In this document: in pieces, positions 27,423-36,864 of the stretch
Numbering within the stretch: the first letter of the stretch is position 1
How the letters are laid out: the number at the start of each line of letters is the position of its first letter
Position numbers and translations under genes: made by a program
Virus record (IMG/VR): IMGVR_UViG_3300017991_000227
Span: 1 to 37,446 of that record
Source of the DNA: a virus
Taxonomy: Duplodnaviria > Caudoviricetes
DNA length: 37,446 nt
Strand: one strand, 5' to 3'
The notes under the pieces: model-generated
What the model was told of the DNA's origin: nothing
The model's input: the letters and a program-made list of their open reading frames with translations, nothing else
Database searches by the model: none

Positions 27423-29031
27423 ACTGGTAAAATTTCAGGTCGTTCTGGGTTATCTTGAAGGCAATCCAACCGAACAGACCTGCGTGGAGGCAGTCATCCG
27501 GTTTCTGGGGTGAGTGCCTCCACACTTTTTTACCCGTAGTGGTTATCTCTTCGTACTCGTTAAGCATGTCGTCGATGGCTATCTTCGACTCTTCCGCGTT
27601 CAAGAACTCTACACCTTTATTTTTCAAAAACATGAAGTAGTTGTCGATGAGGGTTGTGCGGTCAGCGGTAAACCGGTCTTTCTTATTCCACTTCAAGGCC
27701 TCTACTTGCGAGCCGTACTGTACTTGGTGCACCCGATGGTGTCCAAGAACGGTACGTAGCTGATTATTCGCCGTATGCCCCTCACCGGCATCTCCCACCA
27801 CCATCTCCACACGGTAATTGGTGCATATCTGACCAATCTTATCGATGATGTGTATCGGATTTACCCCGGGAAAAACTTTGTAGAACATGCACACAAGTTT
27901 CTGTCTTTCCCGGTGCCATCCCCATATCCACAACACGGTTCGAGAAATGCCGGTAGTCCCGCCACCCGACCAGTCTATTCCCGCCACCGTCATGCTGATA
28001 CCTTGCATGGTATTCCCATCCGGGGCCTCGCGCCCTTCACGCGATGTACACAGCGATTCCAATTCCTCCTTCGAAATCATCCGCGTTCCTATAGCATCAG
28101 AAACGCCAAGAACCTCATTACGAAAAACAGAGATAGGGCTCTCTTCATACTTTCTAACGATACGCCGCCAACGTCTGCGCGCAATATCCATAATCTCATT
28201 ACTGTTGGTGTACTGCATAGCCAGAGGGACGTTGAAGGGCATGATAACCTGGCTGAAATGAAAACCCTTTAACATCATATCGGCGTCGTCTTTGTCTGCC
28301 GGCGGATTAATATCAATCCATTGTCCTGTGAAAGGATTAAGGTACGCGCCACATTTCACACAGACGGGGCCGTCTTTGCCGATAGACTTTTCACTGTCCA
28401 CATACTGGTGCACACCACAAGCGCCGCACTTCATCACCCACTCGGTCTGTGTGCTGATTTCCCAAAGGTACTGGATGGTATTTTCCATCGTTTTTGGGGT
28501 ACCAGCATATGTTTCGTATTGATAATCGGATTGGGCGAGAGTCTCATTGCCGACCGTAATAATGGGGTCGAACAACATGTCTTGTACTTCATCGTACATA
28601 TTGCGGTCCGTAGAGGGACCCCGCAAACGGTCCGCTGCATCGCTACCGTACGTGAATAGCATTTCCGAGCCGTTGGTGAACTGCTTGTGAAACACACGGT
28701 CTGACAAGTCCGGGTCCAAAAAACGCTTGTTGATAACCGGGGAATAGCGCATCGTCTTGTTGACGCGAGTATTTGAAAACCGTACGGTTTGCTCCTTAGT
28801 TGGACTTACGAACATTGTTGAAAAGTGCGGTATCACACTGCATTCGATAATGGAGAAATTACTACAGGTCGTGCTCTTAGCGACTTGGCGGCCTGTTTTT
28901 AATAGTGTGCGTTGGAACTGGCAATCGTAAATATCACGATGCATGGGCCAGTCCTTCAGGGAGAACTTTTTGCCATCTAAACGAAGCCACGCTTCTGCGA
29001 CTACACTCAAAGTTGCAGATATCTTAGCCAT
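27421..29031 (-). CDS. terL: Terminase large subunit
   Basis: KTGRQVAKST Walker A, LRG, MYDE Walker B, AGTPK, CGAC..CVKC Zn insertion as in GpA-like enzymes, nuclease AGIDW and PDDCLHA. Start moved to ATG 29031. Confidence 0.88.
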   Translation of the reverse strand: MAKISATLSVVAEAWLRLDGKKFSLKDWPMHRDIYDCQFQRTLLKTGRQVAKSTTCSNFSIIECSVIPHFSTMFVSPTKEQTVRFSNTRVNKTMRYSPVINKRFLDPDLSDRVFHKQFTNGSEMLFTYGSDAADRLRGPSTDRNMYDEVQDMLFDPIITVGNETLAQSDYQYETYAGTPKTMENTIQYLWEISTQTEWVMKCGACGVHQYVDSEKSIGKDGPVCVKCGAYLNPFTGQWIDINPPADKDDADMMLKGFHFSQVIMPFNVPLAMQYTNSNEIMDIARRRWRRIVRKYEESPISVFRNEVLGVSDAIGTRMISKEELESLCTSREGREAPDGNTMQGISMTVAGIDWSGGGTTGISRTVLWIWGWHRERQKLVCMFYKVFPGVNPIHIIDKIGQICTNYRVEMVVGDAGEGHTANNQLRTVLGHHRVHQVQYGSQVEALKWNKKDRFTADRTTLIDNYFMFLKNKGVEFLNAEESKIAIDDMLNEYEEITTTGKKVWRHSPQKPDDCLHAGLFGWIAFKITQNDLKFYQ

Positions 29032-29065
29032 ACACCCACTATAAAAGGAAAAAGGAGGAGAAGCA

Positions 29066-30292
29066 ATGTCATCCAACAAAGCCGAAGAAGGCAAACTCAA
29101 CTACGTGGACCGCTACGACATGGCGCACGTGAGTTTATCCGAAGCCAAGGAGCAGGTCATCCTGCAAATCAAAAGTGGCCAGACGAGAGGCTGTCCGCTT
29201 TTCGTCGGAGAAAGCGGCATCGGAAAGACGCAGATTTGGAGCTCAATCGCAAAAGAGACCGGAATGGGTCTCACCGCCATCCACACCGCCCACTACGGAC
29301 TCATGGGCGCCGGCATTCCCGTGCCGACCGAGAAGGAGTTCTTCGATATCGCCCTGCCGTCCATCTTTCCGTCCAACGGAACCAAGCGCATCATCCTTTT
29401 CGATGAAATCAATCGCGGAGCAAAGTACGTGGTCAACATGTTCTTCACGCTCATGGAAGACCAGAAGATATTCAACTACACGCTCCCGGAAGGCTGCATC
29501 GTCGCCGCAACCATGAATCCCTCCACCGGCCAGTACTCCGTTACGGAACTCGAAAACGAAGTCGCTTTCCGGCGTAGGATGAAGTGGTTCTTCATCAGTC
29601 CCGACTTCAAGGGCTGGCTGAAGCACGCGGAAACCGAGGCCTTTCACGCCAACTCCCGAGGCGTCGCAAAGGACAAACCCTGTCATCCCGCCGTGCTGTC
29701 CTATTACCGCGCCAAACCGAAGAACATCTACGATGTAAAAGCGAAGGACGAAGGGAAGCTCTTCTGTTGTCCGGCGTCCATCGAAACCGTTTCCGAGGAC
29801 GTTTACAACATGGAAGCCCACGAAATCCCCATCCACGGTGAGTTCGCTTTGAATCGTATCGGGTCCACCATCGGCATGGCCATGGCAGCGGAAGTCATCG
29901 CGCACCTGAAGGACAGCTCCGTCACCCTCAGCGCGGATGATGTTCTGACGAACTTCAAGAAGGTGAAGCGTGCCATCAAGAACATGGTGAAAAACTCCAT
30001 GCACGAGCAGCTGATGGACCTCAGCCTGAACGTCATGAAACTGTTGTTCGCGACCACCCCGGACATCGATAAAACGTCACAGAACTTCATCCTGTTCTGC
30101 GACGCGTTGCCCCTGGAGCTGTCATCCAACATGCTCTTCGGTATGAAGAAAATCGCCCAGGAGAACCAGGCCGAGAAATACATGTACGACTTCCTGGATG
30201 AGCTTCAGGAAGATGACAAATGGATTAATCTGCAGACGCGGATTGACAAGGATTATCGGTCAATCGACGAGAGTCTCAAGAAAGGGGATTGA
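29066..30292 (+). CDS. MoxR-like AAA+ ATPase
   Basis: GESGIGKT, ILFDEINR, ATMNP, AFRRR; AGGAGG SD. Confidence 0.85.
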   Translation: MSSNKAEEGKLNYVDRYDMAHVSLSEAKEQVILQIKSGQTRGCPLFVGESGIGKTQIWSSIAKETGMGLTAIHTAHYGLMGAGIPVPTEKEFFDIALPSIFPSNGTKRIILFDEINRGAKYVVNMFFTLMEDQKIFNYTLPEGCIVAATMNPSTGQYSVTELENEVAFRRRMKWFFISPDFKGWLKHAETEAFHANSRGVAKDKPCHPAVLSYYRAKPKNIYDVKAKDEGKLFCCPASIETVSEDVYNMEAHEIPIHGEFALNRIGSTIGMAMAAEVIAHLKDSSVTLSADDVLTNFKKVKRAIKNMVKNSMHEQLMDLSLNVMKLLFATTPDIDKTSQNFILFCDALPLELSSNMLFGMKKIAQENQAEKYMYDFLDELQEDDKWINLQTRIDKDYRSIDESLKKGD

Positions 30293-31040
30293 CGCCCTTC
30301 TCCAAGGAGAGCACGTCATTGGCCATGCTCTCCGCCTGTCCTGTGGTGTAATCGTAACAGGAAGCTAGCTTGGCTAGCTGGACATTCTGGGGGTCCTCCG
30401 GGAACGAGCGTTCCTGGAGGGCCTCCTTGTCGAGGTGCTCCCACGCTTTTTTCACGGTAGCGGCAAATACGTGCTTGTCTTCCGGGAGCATTTTCAGGAG
30501 GTTCTCCGCTGCGAATGTGATGTACGGAGGCGGATAGATATACCCCGCACGTTTCAAGCACACGGCGACATATTGCTGTACGTCCTCGTCGAACTCCGGA
30601 ACCTCCTGCTCCTCGGGGTCCATACCTCGAATCAGGGACGCCTCGTACGTCGCCCAGGACATGTGTGCAGGATGGCACTCCTGGAGCGCCTCAGGGTCAT
30701 ACAGCTCCCCATTGAAGGACTGTACCGTACGCTGAAAGACCAGATTGTCCCAGTAGAAGGCCGGGTTCCTGATAAGCGTTATGGCGCCCTGCAGCTTGTC
30801 TCGCGCCTCCACAGGGAGGTCTATGCCGTCTTTCTCCAGGGTGAGCCAGATAGTCTCAGGCTCCCAATACAGAAGCTCTATGCCGTAGAGATTACGAGAC
30901 GCCATCAACAGAACCGTTGCACTACGTCCATCGGATTCCAATAGAAATCCCCGGGCTACCTGCTCCCGTGACGCGGTTTTTACACTGTAATTCTGTAGTT
31001 GCGGCACAACGTCCGCAAATCTGGCCAAGCTCTGAAGCAT
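30276..31040 (-). CDS. Hypothetical protein, probable virion/morphogenesis
   Basis: 254-aa ORF directly abutting the upstream stop at 31041. Confidence 0.7.
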   Translation of the reverse strand: MLQSLARFADVVPQLQNYSVKTASREQVARGFLLESDGRSATVLLMASRNLYGIELLYWEPETIWLTLEKDGIDLPVEARDKLQGAITLIRNPAFYWDNLVFQRTVQSFNGELYDPEALQECHPAHMSWATYEASLIRGMDPEEQEVPEFDEDVQQYVAVCLKRAGYIYPPPYITFAAENLLKMLPEDKHVFAATVKKAWEHLDKEALQERSFPEDPQNVQLAKLASCYDYTTGQAESMANDVLSLEKGVNPLS

Positions 31041-32051
31041 TTACTGACTGTACGCGGCCAGTTGCGTTTCCAGGGCTGACTTGAGGTCTGCCGGCAGCGT
31101 AGCAAGAACCTGCTCCAGCGCCGTGATATCCACCTGACCCTCCGGAGCCACCTCTTTGGCAATGTCCGGGCCTAAGGTGTCTTCCCAAAAGGAGAGGGGG
31201 AGCTGCGCCAAGAGCGCCTTGTTCTGTAGCGCAGACCCGAACTTGATGTAGTCCTGCGGGTCCTCGGTCGTATTGAAGACGGTCTGAATCGGGTCCGGCA
31301 ACTGCTTCCCGTAAAACTGCGTGAGACCGGCTTTCTTGTCTAGGTCACTGATGGCCTGTGCCAGCTTTATCTGGTACGCACGGTCAGCAATGTATGCGTC
31401 CGAGCTCTTGAACTCGTTGTCAATTTTGTCAAAGACATTCGCCAATGACGACCCCAGTTTAGTGGCCGCCGCGTGGCGGGCACCAATCCAGTCACGGAGA
31501 ATCCGCGTACTGGTAATGGTAAACCCGGCCAGCTTCTTGGTCTCAGGCTTCAATGGAACGCTATGCTGCTCGGCGATTTTCACCAAGCGGTAACCTGCTT
31601 CTGCGCGGTCCGCGACCGTGAGCTCCGCGTACTTTTCGTGATATACACGCTCCACATCGGCTACAGCACTCGGGGAGTCTACACGAAACCGCTTTTTTTC
31701 TGGTAAAAGGTACTGACCGTCCGACGCTGTTTTCGTAATCTCCATGGACTGCTCAAAAACGGTGCGGTCAATCTGGTACAGGTCCGCTGCCTTTTCGAGC
31801 ATCTGCTGAACGTCAGACGGCAACATCGCGGCGAGCTTACTGTACCCATATGAAAGCGCAGCATGCTGAGCATTATGGATAGGAAATCGGCGAATACCAG
31901 GCCACGCAAACGACTCATCGGGCAACTCCGAGAATTCGGAGTCATCGAGATTCGCAGTCTTGGCCATGGTCTTCAATTCCGGAAAACGTTCCACTACAAC
32001 GCGGAGCGTTGCGAACCCGGAGTCACTCGTTTGGTCTGTAATATTTTTCAT
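31041..32051 (-). CDS. Hypothetical protein with internal repeat, probable head-associated
   Basis: GAGGTG SD; repeat FAWPGIRRFPIHN / YLLPEKKRFRVDS; several K-[TLI]-A sites. Confidence 0.75.
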   Translation of the reverse strand: MKNITDQTSDSGFATLRVVVERFPELKTMAKTANLDDSEFSELPDESFAWPGIRRFPIHNAQHAALSYGYSKLAAMLPSDVQQMLEKAADLYQIDRTVFEQSMEITKTASDGQYLLPEKKRFRVDSPSAVADVERVYHEKYAELTVADRAEAGYRLVKIAEQHSVPLKPETKKLAGFTITSTRILRDWIGARHAAATKLGSSLANVFDKIDNEFKSSDAYIADRAYQIKLAQAISDLDKKAGLTQFYGKQLPDPIQTVFNTTEDPQDYIKFGSALQNKALLAQLPLSFWEDTLGPDIAKEVAPEGQVDITALEQVLATLPADLKSALETQLAAYSQ

Positions 32052-32103
32052 AAAAACACCTCGTACCCAACGTTTCTATAAGTATAGAGAGAGGAGGAGA
32101 AGA

Positions 32104-33630
32104 ATGAAAGAGAATTCTGTTGAAGCCACTCCTGATACATCTCCCACGGACGCGTTAGCCGCGTGTCTTCAATGGGCGTGTAATCCCCGTGGTGGAAATA
32201 ACCTGTACGGACGCACACTTAACGGATGTGGGCGCCAAGCAAAACCTGGCCTGGGTACCCTTGCGGTAACCCTGGACCGTAGGGGCCGTTACCACTTTGT
32301 CTGGGACCCGGAATGGTTCGCCAAACAAGACAAAGCATTTCAGCTTATCGGCATCTTCCACGAAGCCGGACATCTGATTCTCCAGCACCTGGAGCGTCAG
32401 TTGAAGCTGAAGCTCGACATGAATGACGACCGCAAGTACGCCCGGATAAAGGACCTCATCTACATCGCAGGAGACATGGCGGTAAACGACGTGGCGATTC
32501 GTCCGCTGATTTCATCCTCAGCCGCATTCGCTGCACACGAGAAACGCCTCGTGTGGCCGGAAGAGCGTCAGTACCCCCCAGGGAAGTCATTCGAGACCTA
32601 TCTGGCCCTCCTCCTGAAAGACCTTCGGGATGAGGGTTGGGACCCCGACGCCGAACCTGAGCCCCAGAAGATAGCCGTTCTTACCGACGGTGACAGTGCC
32701 GGAGGAGGGGAAGGAGAGAACGACGACAAACAACCGCAATCCGGAAGTGGTGATGGTGATGGCGGAGGAGAAAACTCCGACCTTCCCGACTGGGTACTCG
32801 ACCTACGCAGCAAAGCCAACAAACACGTCGATTGGGAAAAAGACTTCGATGACATGAACGACGCTGAAGTTGAGCGCGCCATCAGCCGTGCCAATAAAGA
32901 AGCCCGTAAAATCGTAAAAACGGCTGTGGAACAGACACAGAAGAACCGTGGGACCATCCCAGGCGCGCTGGGGAATATCATCGAGGAGCTCCTGCAAGAG
33001 CACACCATTCCCTGGCAAACTGTCCTGATGGGGCTCATCAAGTCTGAAATCTCATCCAAACTGGACGAGAGTACGTCTCAGCCCAACCCCTGCTACTTCC
33101 ATCTCATGAAAGACGGAATCGCTCCGTACCCAGGATACCAGCACAACTTCGCGTTCCGTATGGTGCTTGCGGCAGATACGTCCGGGAGTGTCAGTGACAG
33201 CGAGTTCCAGGATTTCATGGCCGAGATGCAGGGACTGCTCCGGGAAGAAGATGACGTGACCGCGTGGCTACTCATGTTCGATGCGGGCATCCAGCATGAG
33301 AAGGTACTTGAGGACGGCGACACCGTGAGTCTGCGCGAATTCGCAACACACCGCTACGGCTACGGCGGAACATCCTTTATCCCCCCGCTGAAATACGTTG
33401 TAGGAGAAGACACCGATGCGGATTGGGAAGAGAGCTCCGAGCGCGCAAATCAGCGGCTCATGGAGCCTCCGGACCTCGTTGTGATGTTTACCGATGGCTA
33501 CGCACCCGTGGAGAGCCCTAGTGGGCCCATCCCGGATTACCTACCCCCGTGCCCGCTGATATGGGTATTGACCCCCTCCGGGCAAGAGCACGACCTGATG
33601 CAACCTCGGGTTCTGCGGATAAAAGATTAG
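32104..33630 (+). CDS. HExxH metallopeptidase-like + vWA domain protein (MoxR partner)
   Basis: HEAGH, DMAVN, acidic Gly linker, MIDAS DTSGS..GGT..FTDG. Start moved to ATG 32104 (GAGGAG SD). Confidence 0.85.
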   Translation: MKENSVEATPDTSPTDALAACLQWACNPRGGNNLYGRTLNGCGRQAKPGLGTLAVTLDRRGRYHFVWDPEWFAKQDKAFQLIGIFHEAGHLILQHLERQLKLKLDMNDDRKYARIKDLIYIAGDMAVNDVAIRPLISSSAAFAAHEKRLVWPEERQYPPGKSFETYLALLLKDLRDEGWDPDAEPEPQKIAVLTDGDSAGGGEGENDDKQPQSGSGDGDGGGENSDLPDWVLDLRSKANKHVDWEKDFDDMNDAEVERAISRANKEARKIVKTAVEQTQKNRGTIPGALGNIIEELLQEHTIPWQTVLMGLIKSEISSKLDESTSQPNPCYFHLMKDGIAPYPGYQHNFAFRMVLAADTSGSVSDSEFQDFMAEMQGLLREEDDVTAWLLMFDAGIQHEKVLEDGDTVSLREFATHRYGYGGTSFIPPLKYVVGEDTDADWEESSERANQRLMEPPDLVVMFTDGYAPVESPSGPIPDYLPPCPLIWVLTPSGQEHDLMQPRVLRIKD

Positions 33631-33640
33631 GAGGAACGAC

Positions 33641-34318
33641 ATGGCTAAACGACAGCACATTATCTGCGTTAAAGTCGCGCAGCGGGTATTGACCTACTAT
33701 GGTAAAAACGCCATCACCAATCCGTACCACGTCTTCCCATACGACCGCGTCTACCTCGTAAAGAACTACCTCCTTCCAAAATTCACCCGGTCTTTCCGGT
33801 ACTACTTCTCCATGCCCCTGGATAAGCGGCTATTGGCCGCCTTGAACCGCATGGATGTTGCGACAATTAGGTCCGTCAAGCGGTACCGAGACGACGTAGC
33901 CCTGGAGGGCCATACAGGTAAACCTGAGGACAACTTCAAGAAGTTGGTACCCACTCCGAAAAACTGGACCTTGGTGGCTCCGACACATGTGAAGTCCGTG
34001 AAGTATTTGAAAAACGGAACAAGCGAGACAGAAGAGGGTCTCCAACATACGGTCTCGACCGTTCAGTACTTCTTCACACAAGCAATAAACCCGCACCAGC
34101 AAAACTCCCATGTTCGCATGCCGCGAATCACGTTCCATACGCCCGAAAGAACTATTCCAGTCGCCTGTGCCATCTGCAAAAACACCCCTTCGTTCTACGC
34201 CAATGAATGTACTCCTGGCACCTACAAATGTCAGCAGAACCACACCATCCGGCTCGCGGAAGACCGTTACTTCAAACGCACCAACAATGAGTCCCGAGAA
34301 GAGTTAGGAGGTGAGTAA
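33641..34318 (+). CDS. Hypothetical basic protein with C-terminal Cys4 motif, translationally coupled to the RT
   Basis: GGAGGA SD; CAIC-x9-C-x6-C; TAATG overlap with the RT start. Confidence 0.75.
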   Translation: MAKRQHIICVKVAQRVLTYYGKNAITNPYHVFPYDRVYLVKNYLLPKFTRSFRYYFSMPLDKRLLAALNRMDVATIRSVKRYRDDVALEGHTGKPEDNFKKLVPTPKNWTLVAPTHVKSVKYLKNGTSETEEGLQHTVSTVQYFFTQAINPHQQNSHVRMPRITFHTPERTIPVACAICKNTPSFYANECTPGTYKCQQNHTIRLAEDRYFKRTNNESREELGGE

Positions 34319-35496
34319 TGTCCATCGGTTATGAAACAACAACCATCGATATCATCGACCTCCCGGATATCCCGGAGTCGTTACCGTACGCTATCGATGA
34401 CTTCTCCCTCGCGTTCCACTTGGGATTTCGAAATAAGATTCTGTGGTACATCCTGCACGACACGAAAGCGCAGTACAAAGTCTTCCGCATCCCCAAGAGG
34501 AAGCGCGGTCAATACCGTATAATCCACGACCCCTCAGACACGATGCGCGCACTGCTGGAACGGCTCCATGTGAAATTTCTAGCACCCCTGCAAGACGAAC
34601 TAGGACCTCACGTTACCGCCTACCGAAAGAACATCAGCACCATTGACGCAGTGCACCAGCACATCAGAAAATGCGACGTGTGCGACAACATAGACAAAGC
34701 CATTACGCCGGCACCCCATGATTGCCCCAAAAGGGGTGTTTACATCCACATGGACCTCCGTGACTTCTTCCCGCACACATCCCGCGCCTGGATTCGTGAG
34801 TACCTACAGAGCGTAGGATACAGCCATCAGGTGGCCGGTTACATGGCGAGTCTGATGGTTGTTGCAGATATTCCGAACCCCAAATACAAGAAAGGCGCGA
34901 AGGACCGCTACGGCTATCCCGCAAGGAAATTCCTGGCCGGCGTACCGCAAGGGGCCCCGACCTCCGGTGCAATCTGTAATCTCGTCGCAAACGCACGGCT
35001 CGACAAACACATCCTCCGGTACGTGAAACAACGGAACAAAGAGGATAAAGTCAGCGGTGAATGGGCCTGGAGGTACACGCGGTACAGCGACGACTTATCC
35101 TTCACTTGTGGTAAATCATTCTCGAAGGAAAAGCACCGTAAAATCGTAGACGATATCGCAGACATCATCGGAAAATCCGGATACGCGGTTAACGGTTCCA
35201 AGACCAAAATAAGCCAGGACTACCATCGCCGAAAGCTACTTGGCGTGGTTTTCAACCGCGACGCAAACTACCAAAAAGACGAGTACCTGCGTTTACGCGC
35301 TATCGTCCATAACTGCGTAGTTAACGGGTTTGAGCACGAGTACGAAAAAGCCGGGCAGATTAGCGCCGACGCCATGATTCCCTGGTTGCGGGGCAACATC
35401 AACTGGGTGAACCAGATAAACAAGACCAAGGGACGAAAACTTCTTAATGAGTTCGACCAGGCGCTGGCAAAACACGAAGCGCAGGAAGGAGGCTGA
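34318..35496 (+). CDS. Retron-type reverse transcriptase
   Basis: YKVFRIPKR..RIIHDP, region X-like STIDAVHQH, DLRDFFP, PQGAPTSGAICN, catalytic YTRYSDDLSF (YSDD 35083-35094), KTK, region Y-like LLGVVFN; no maturase or endonuclease domain. Confidence 0.88.
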   Translation: MSIGYETTTIDIIDLPDIPESLPYAIDDFSLAFHLGFRNKILWYILHDTKAQYKVFRIPKRKRGQYRIIHDPSDTMRALLERLHVKFLAPLQDELGPHVTAYRKNISTIDAVHQHIRKCDVCDNIDKAITPAPHDCPKRGVYIHMDLRDFFPHTSRAWIREYLQSVGYSHQVAGYMASLMVVADIPNPKYKKGAKDRYGYPARKFLAGVPQGAPTSGAICNLVANARLDKHILRYVKQRNKEDKVSGEWAWRYTRYSDDLSFTCGKSFSKEKHRKIVDDIADIIGKSGYAVNGSKTKISQDYHRRKLLGVVFNRDANYQKDEYLRLRAIVHNCVVNGFEHEYEKAGQISADAMIPWLRGNINWVNQINKTKGRKLLNEFDQALAKHEAQEGG

Positions 35497-35497
35497 T

Positions 35498-36862
35498 ATG
35501 GTGCAGAAAATATTGGACCGAGTGTTCACCTTCGCATCATCGGAAGACGACGGCGACGGGGCTCCCCACCTGCTATTCGTGTCCCGCAACAGAGACGAAA
35601 CGATACTGAGCTACGAAACGATGGACGCGATTGTTATGGACCCTTTGTTCAAGGAGCTGATGGGGGACACGGAAGTGATGCTGGCGCGCATGGACGACCA
35701 CTACGAGTATCCCGTCCTTCTGGCGACACACGACGTAGAAGAACACGCAATTCCTCTACTCGGACATTCCAACGAAGATGAGACGGTGATTCTGTTTCAG
35801 AAAGATAACAACGGGGAGCTACGTCGCCAGAACCTCGATATCTACAAGCTCTACTACCAGTGCACGCGCCCCCATAAAACCGTTGTCGGTTGCTGTGACT
35901 GCGTGGATAAGAGCGATGACAATCCTCGTGATTGTGTCCTGAAACGCATCGTTTCCAAACAACAGGAGCAGGACTTCGTGCCGTTTACTCCGGAAAGACT
36001 CAAGACGCGATTACGCAGTAAACAGGACAAGATAGCGGGGTTTACCTACGTGAGTCCCAAACTCACGGGAACGAAGCACTTCGCGAAGTACTACCGGGAC
36101 GAGTACGACCATGACTTCGATGTGATAGAACAAAAGTCCGACATCGTTGCAGCCGGGCTTAAGGAACGCGCACGGTTCAACCGATTCAAAAAGAGTGCGT
36201 GCCCGGAATGCTTCATGCAGGAATGGTGTCACGGAAACTATACATACGATGGTGCGTGGCGCATTCGTAGGTGCTCCGGTGCGTACCCCAAAACGGAAGA
36301 AGCCGCGTACGATGAGATACTTGAGACGGCGACTATTCCCTATACAAAGAATCAGATAGCCTACCTGTTAAACCGTAGTGGCCCACTTGAAAAGCGCTAC
36401 AATCGCTGCAAATACGCTGCGACATTTGGGATGCTTACGGACGGAACCCGGGAGCTCCAATTCGGATTACGGAGAAAAACAAAGCCATGGAAGTTCACAC
36501 CCTTCGACTCCTTCCAATACGCGAAAACGTTTATGGACGAGTACGGAGACCCACACTACCACCAGGTAAAGCCCGGAAATATCACGAAAAGAGCGCAGGC
36601 GCTGTTGGTAGAAACCGCCGCAATCCAGGAGTCGCCCCGGTATAATTCCTGGGCATTCGGGGGAGCAACATACCTACCCTTCTACATCTTCCCACACACC
36701 TACCGTGAACTATACTTTGACTTGAATTACGTTAACGGTTCCGGACGACACGTATACCGGCACACCGAAGTGCAAGCGCTCTCTCGAATATATCACGAAA
36801 AAGGCCGCTTTAAGTGTTTAGCGAAAACGCCACATAATGAGCGGCGCTATCACTACTGGTAG
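35498..36862 (+). CDS. Hypothetical Cys-rich protein directly downstream of the RT
   Basis: ATG 35498 lies 1 nt after the RT stop with a GGAGG SD; clusters C..GCCDC..C and CPEC..C..C. Confidence 0.75.
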   Translation: MVQKILDRVFTFASSEDDGDGAPHLLFVSRNRDETILSYETMDAIVMDPLFKELMGDTEVMLARMDDHYEYPVLLATHDVEEHAIPLLGHSNEDETVILFQKDNNGELRRQNLDIYKLYYQCTRPHKTVVGCCDCVDKSDDNPRDCVLKRIVSKQQEQDFVPFTPERLKTRLRSKQDKIAGFTYVSPKLTGTKHFAKYYRDEYDHDFDVIEQKSDIVAAGLKERARFNRFKKSACPECFMQEWCHGNYTYDGAWRIRRCSGAYPKTEEAAYDEILETATIPYTKNQIAYLLNRSGPLEKRYNRCKYAATFGMLTDGTRELQFGLRRKTKPWKFTPFDSFQYAKTFMDEYGDPHYHQVKPGNITKRAQALLVETAAIQESPRYNSWAFGGATYLPFYIFPHTYRELYFDLNYVNGSGRHVYRHTEVQALSRIYHEKGRFKCLAKTPHNERRYHYW

Positions 36863-36864
36863 CC

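Noticed and set aside
26978-27430. ORFs of 150, 139, 69 and 67 aa across the polA-terL gap
   Set aside because: They overlap in several frames, mostly use alternative starts without a convincing SD, and have no protein motifs. The dense base-pairing and repeats are better explained as RNA structure.
31960-32103. N-terminal extension of the vWA protein given in the ORF track
   Set aside because: It overlaps the opposite-strand gene, and a strong SD supports ATG 32104.
34318-35496. RT as a DGR or group II intron protein
   Set aside because: I saw no TR/VR pair, no Avd-like gene, no maturase domain and no flanking intron RNA. The motif layout is retron-like.
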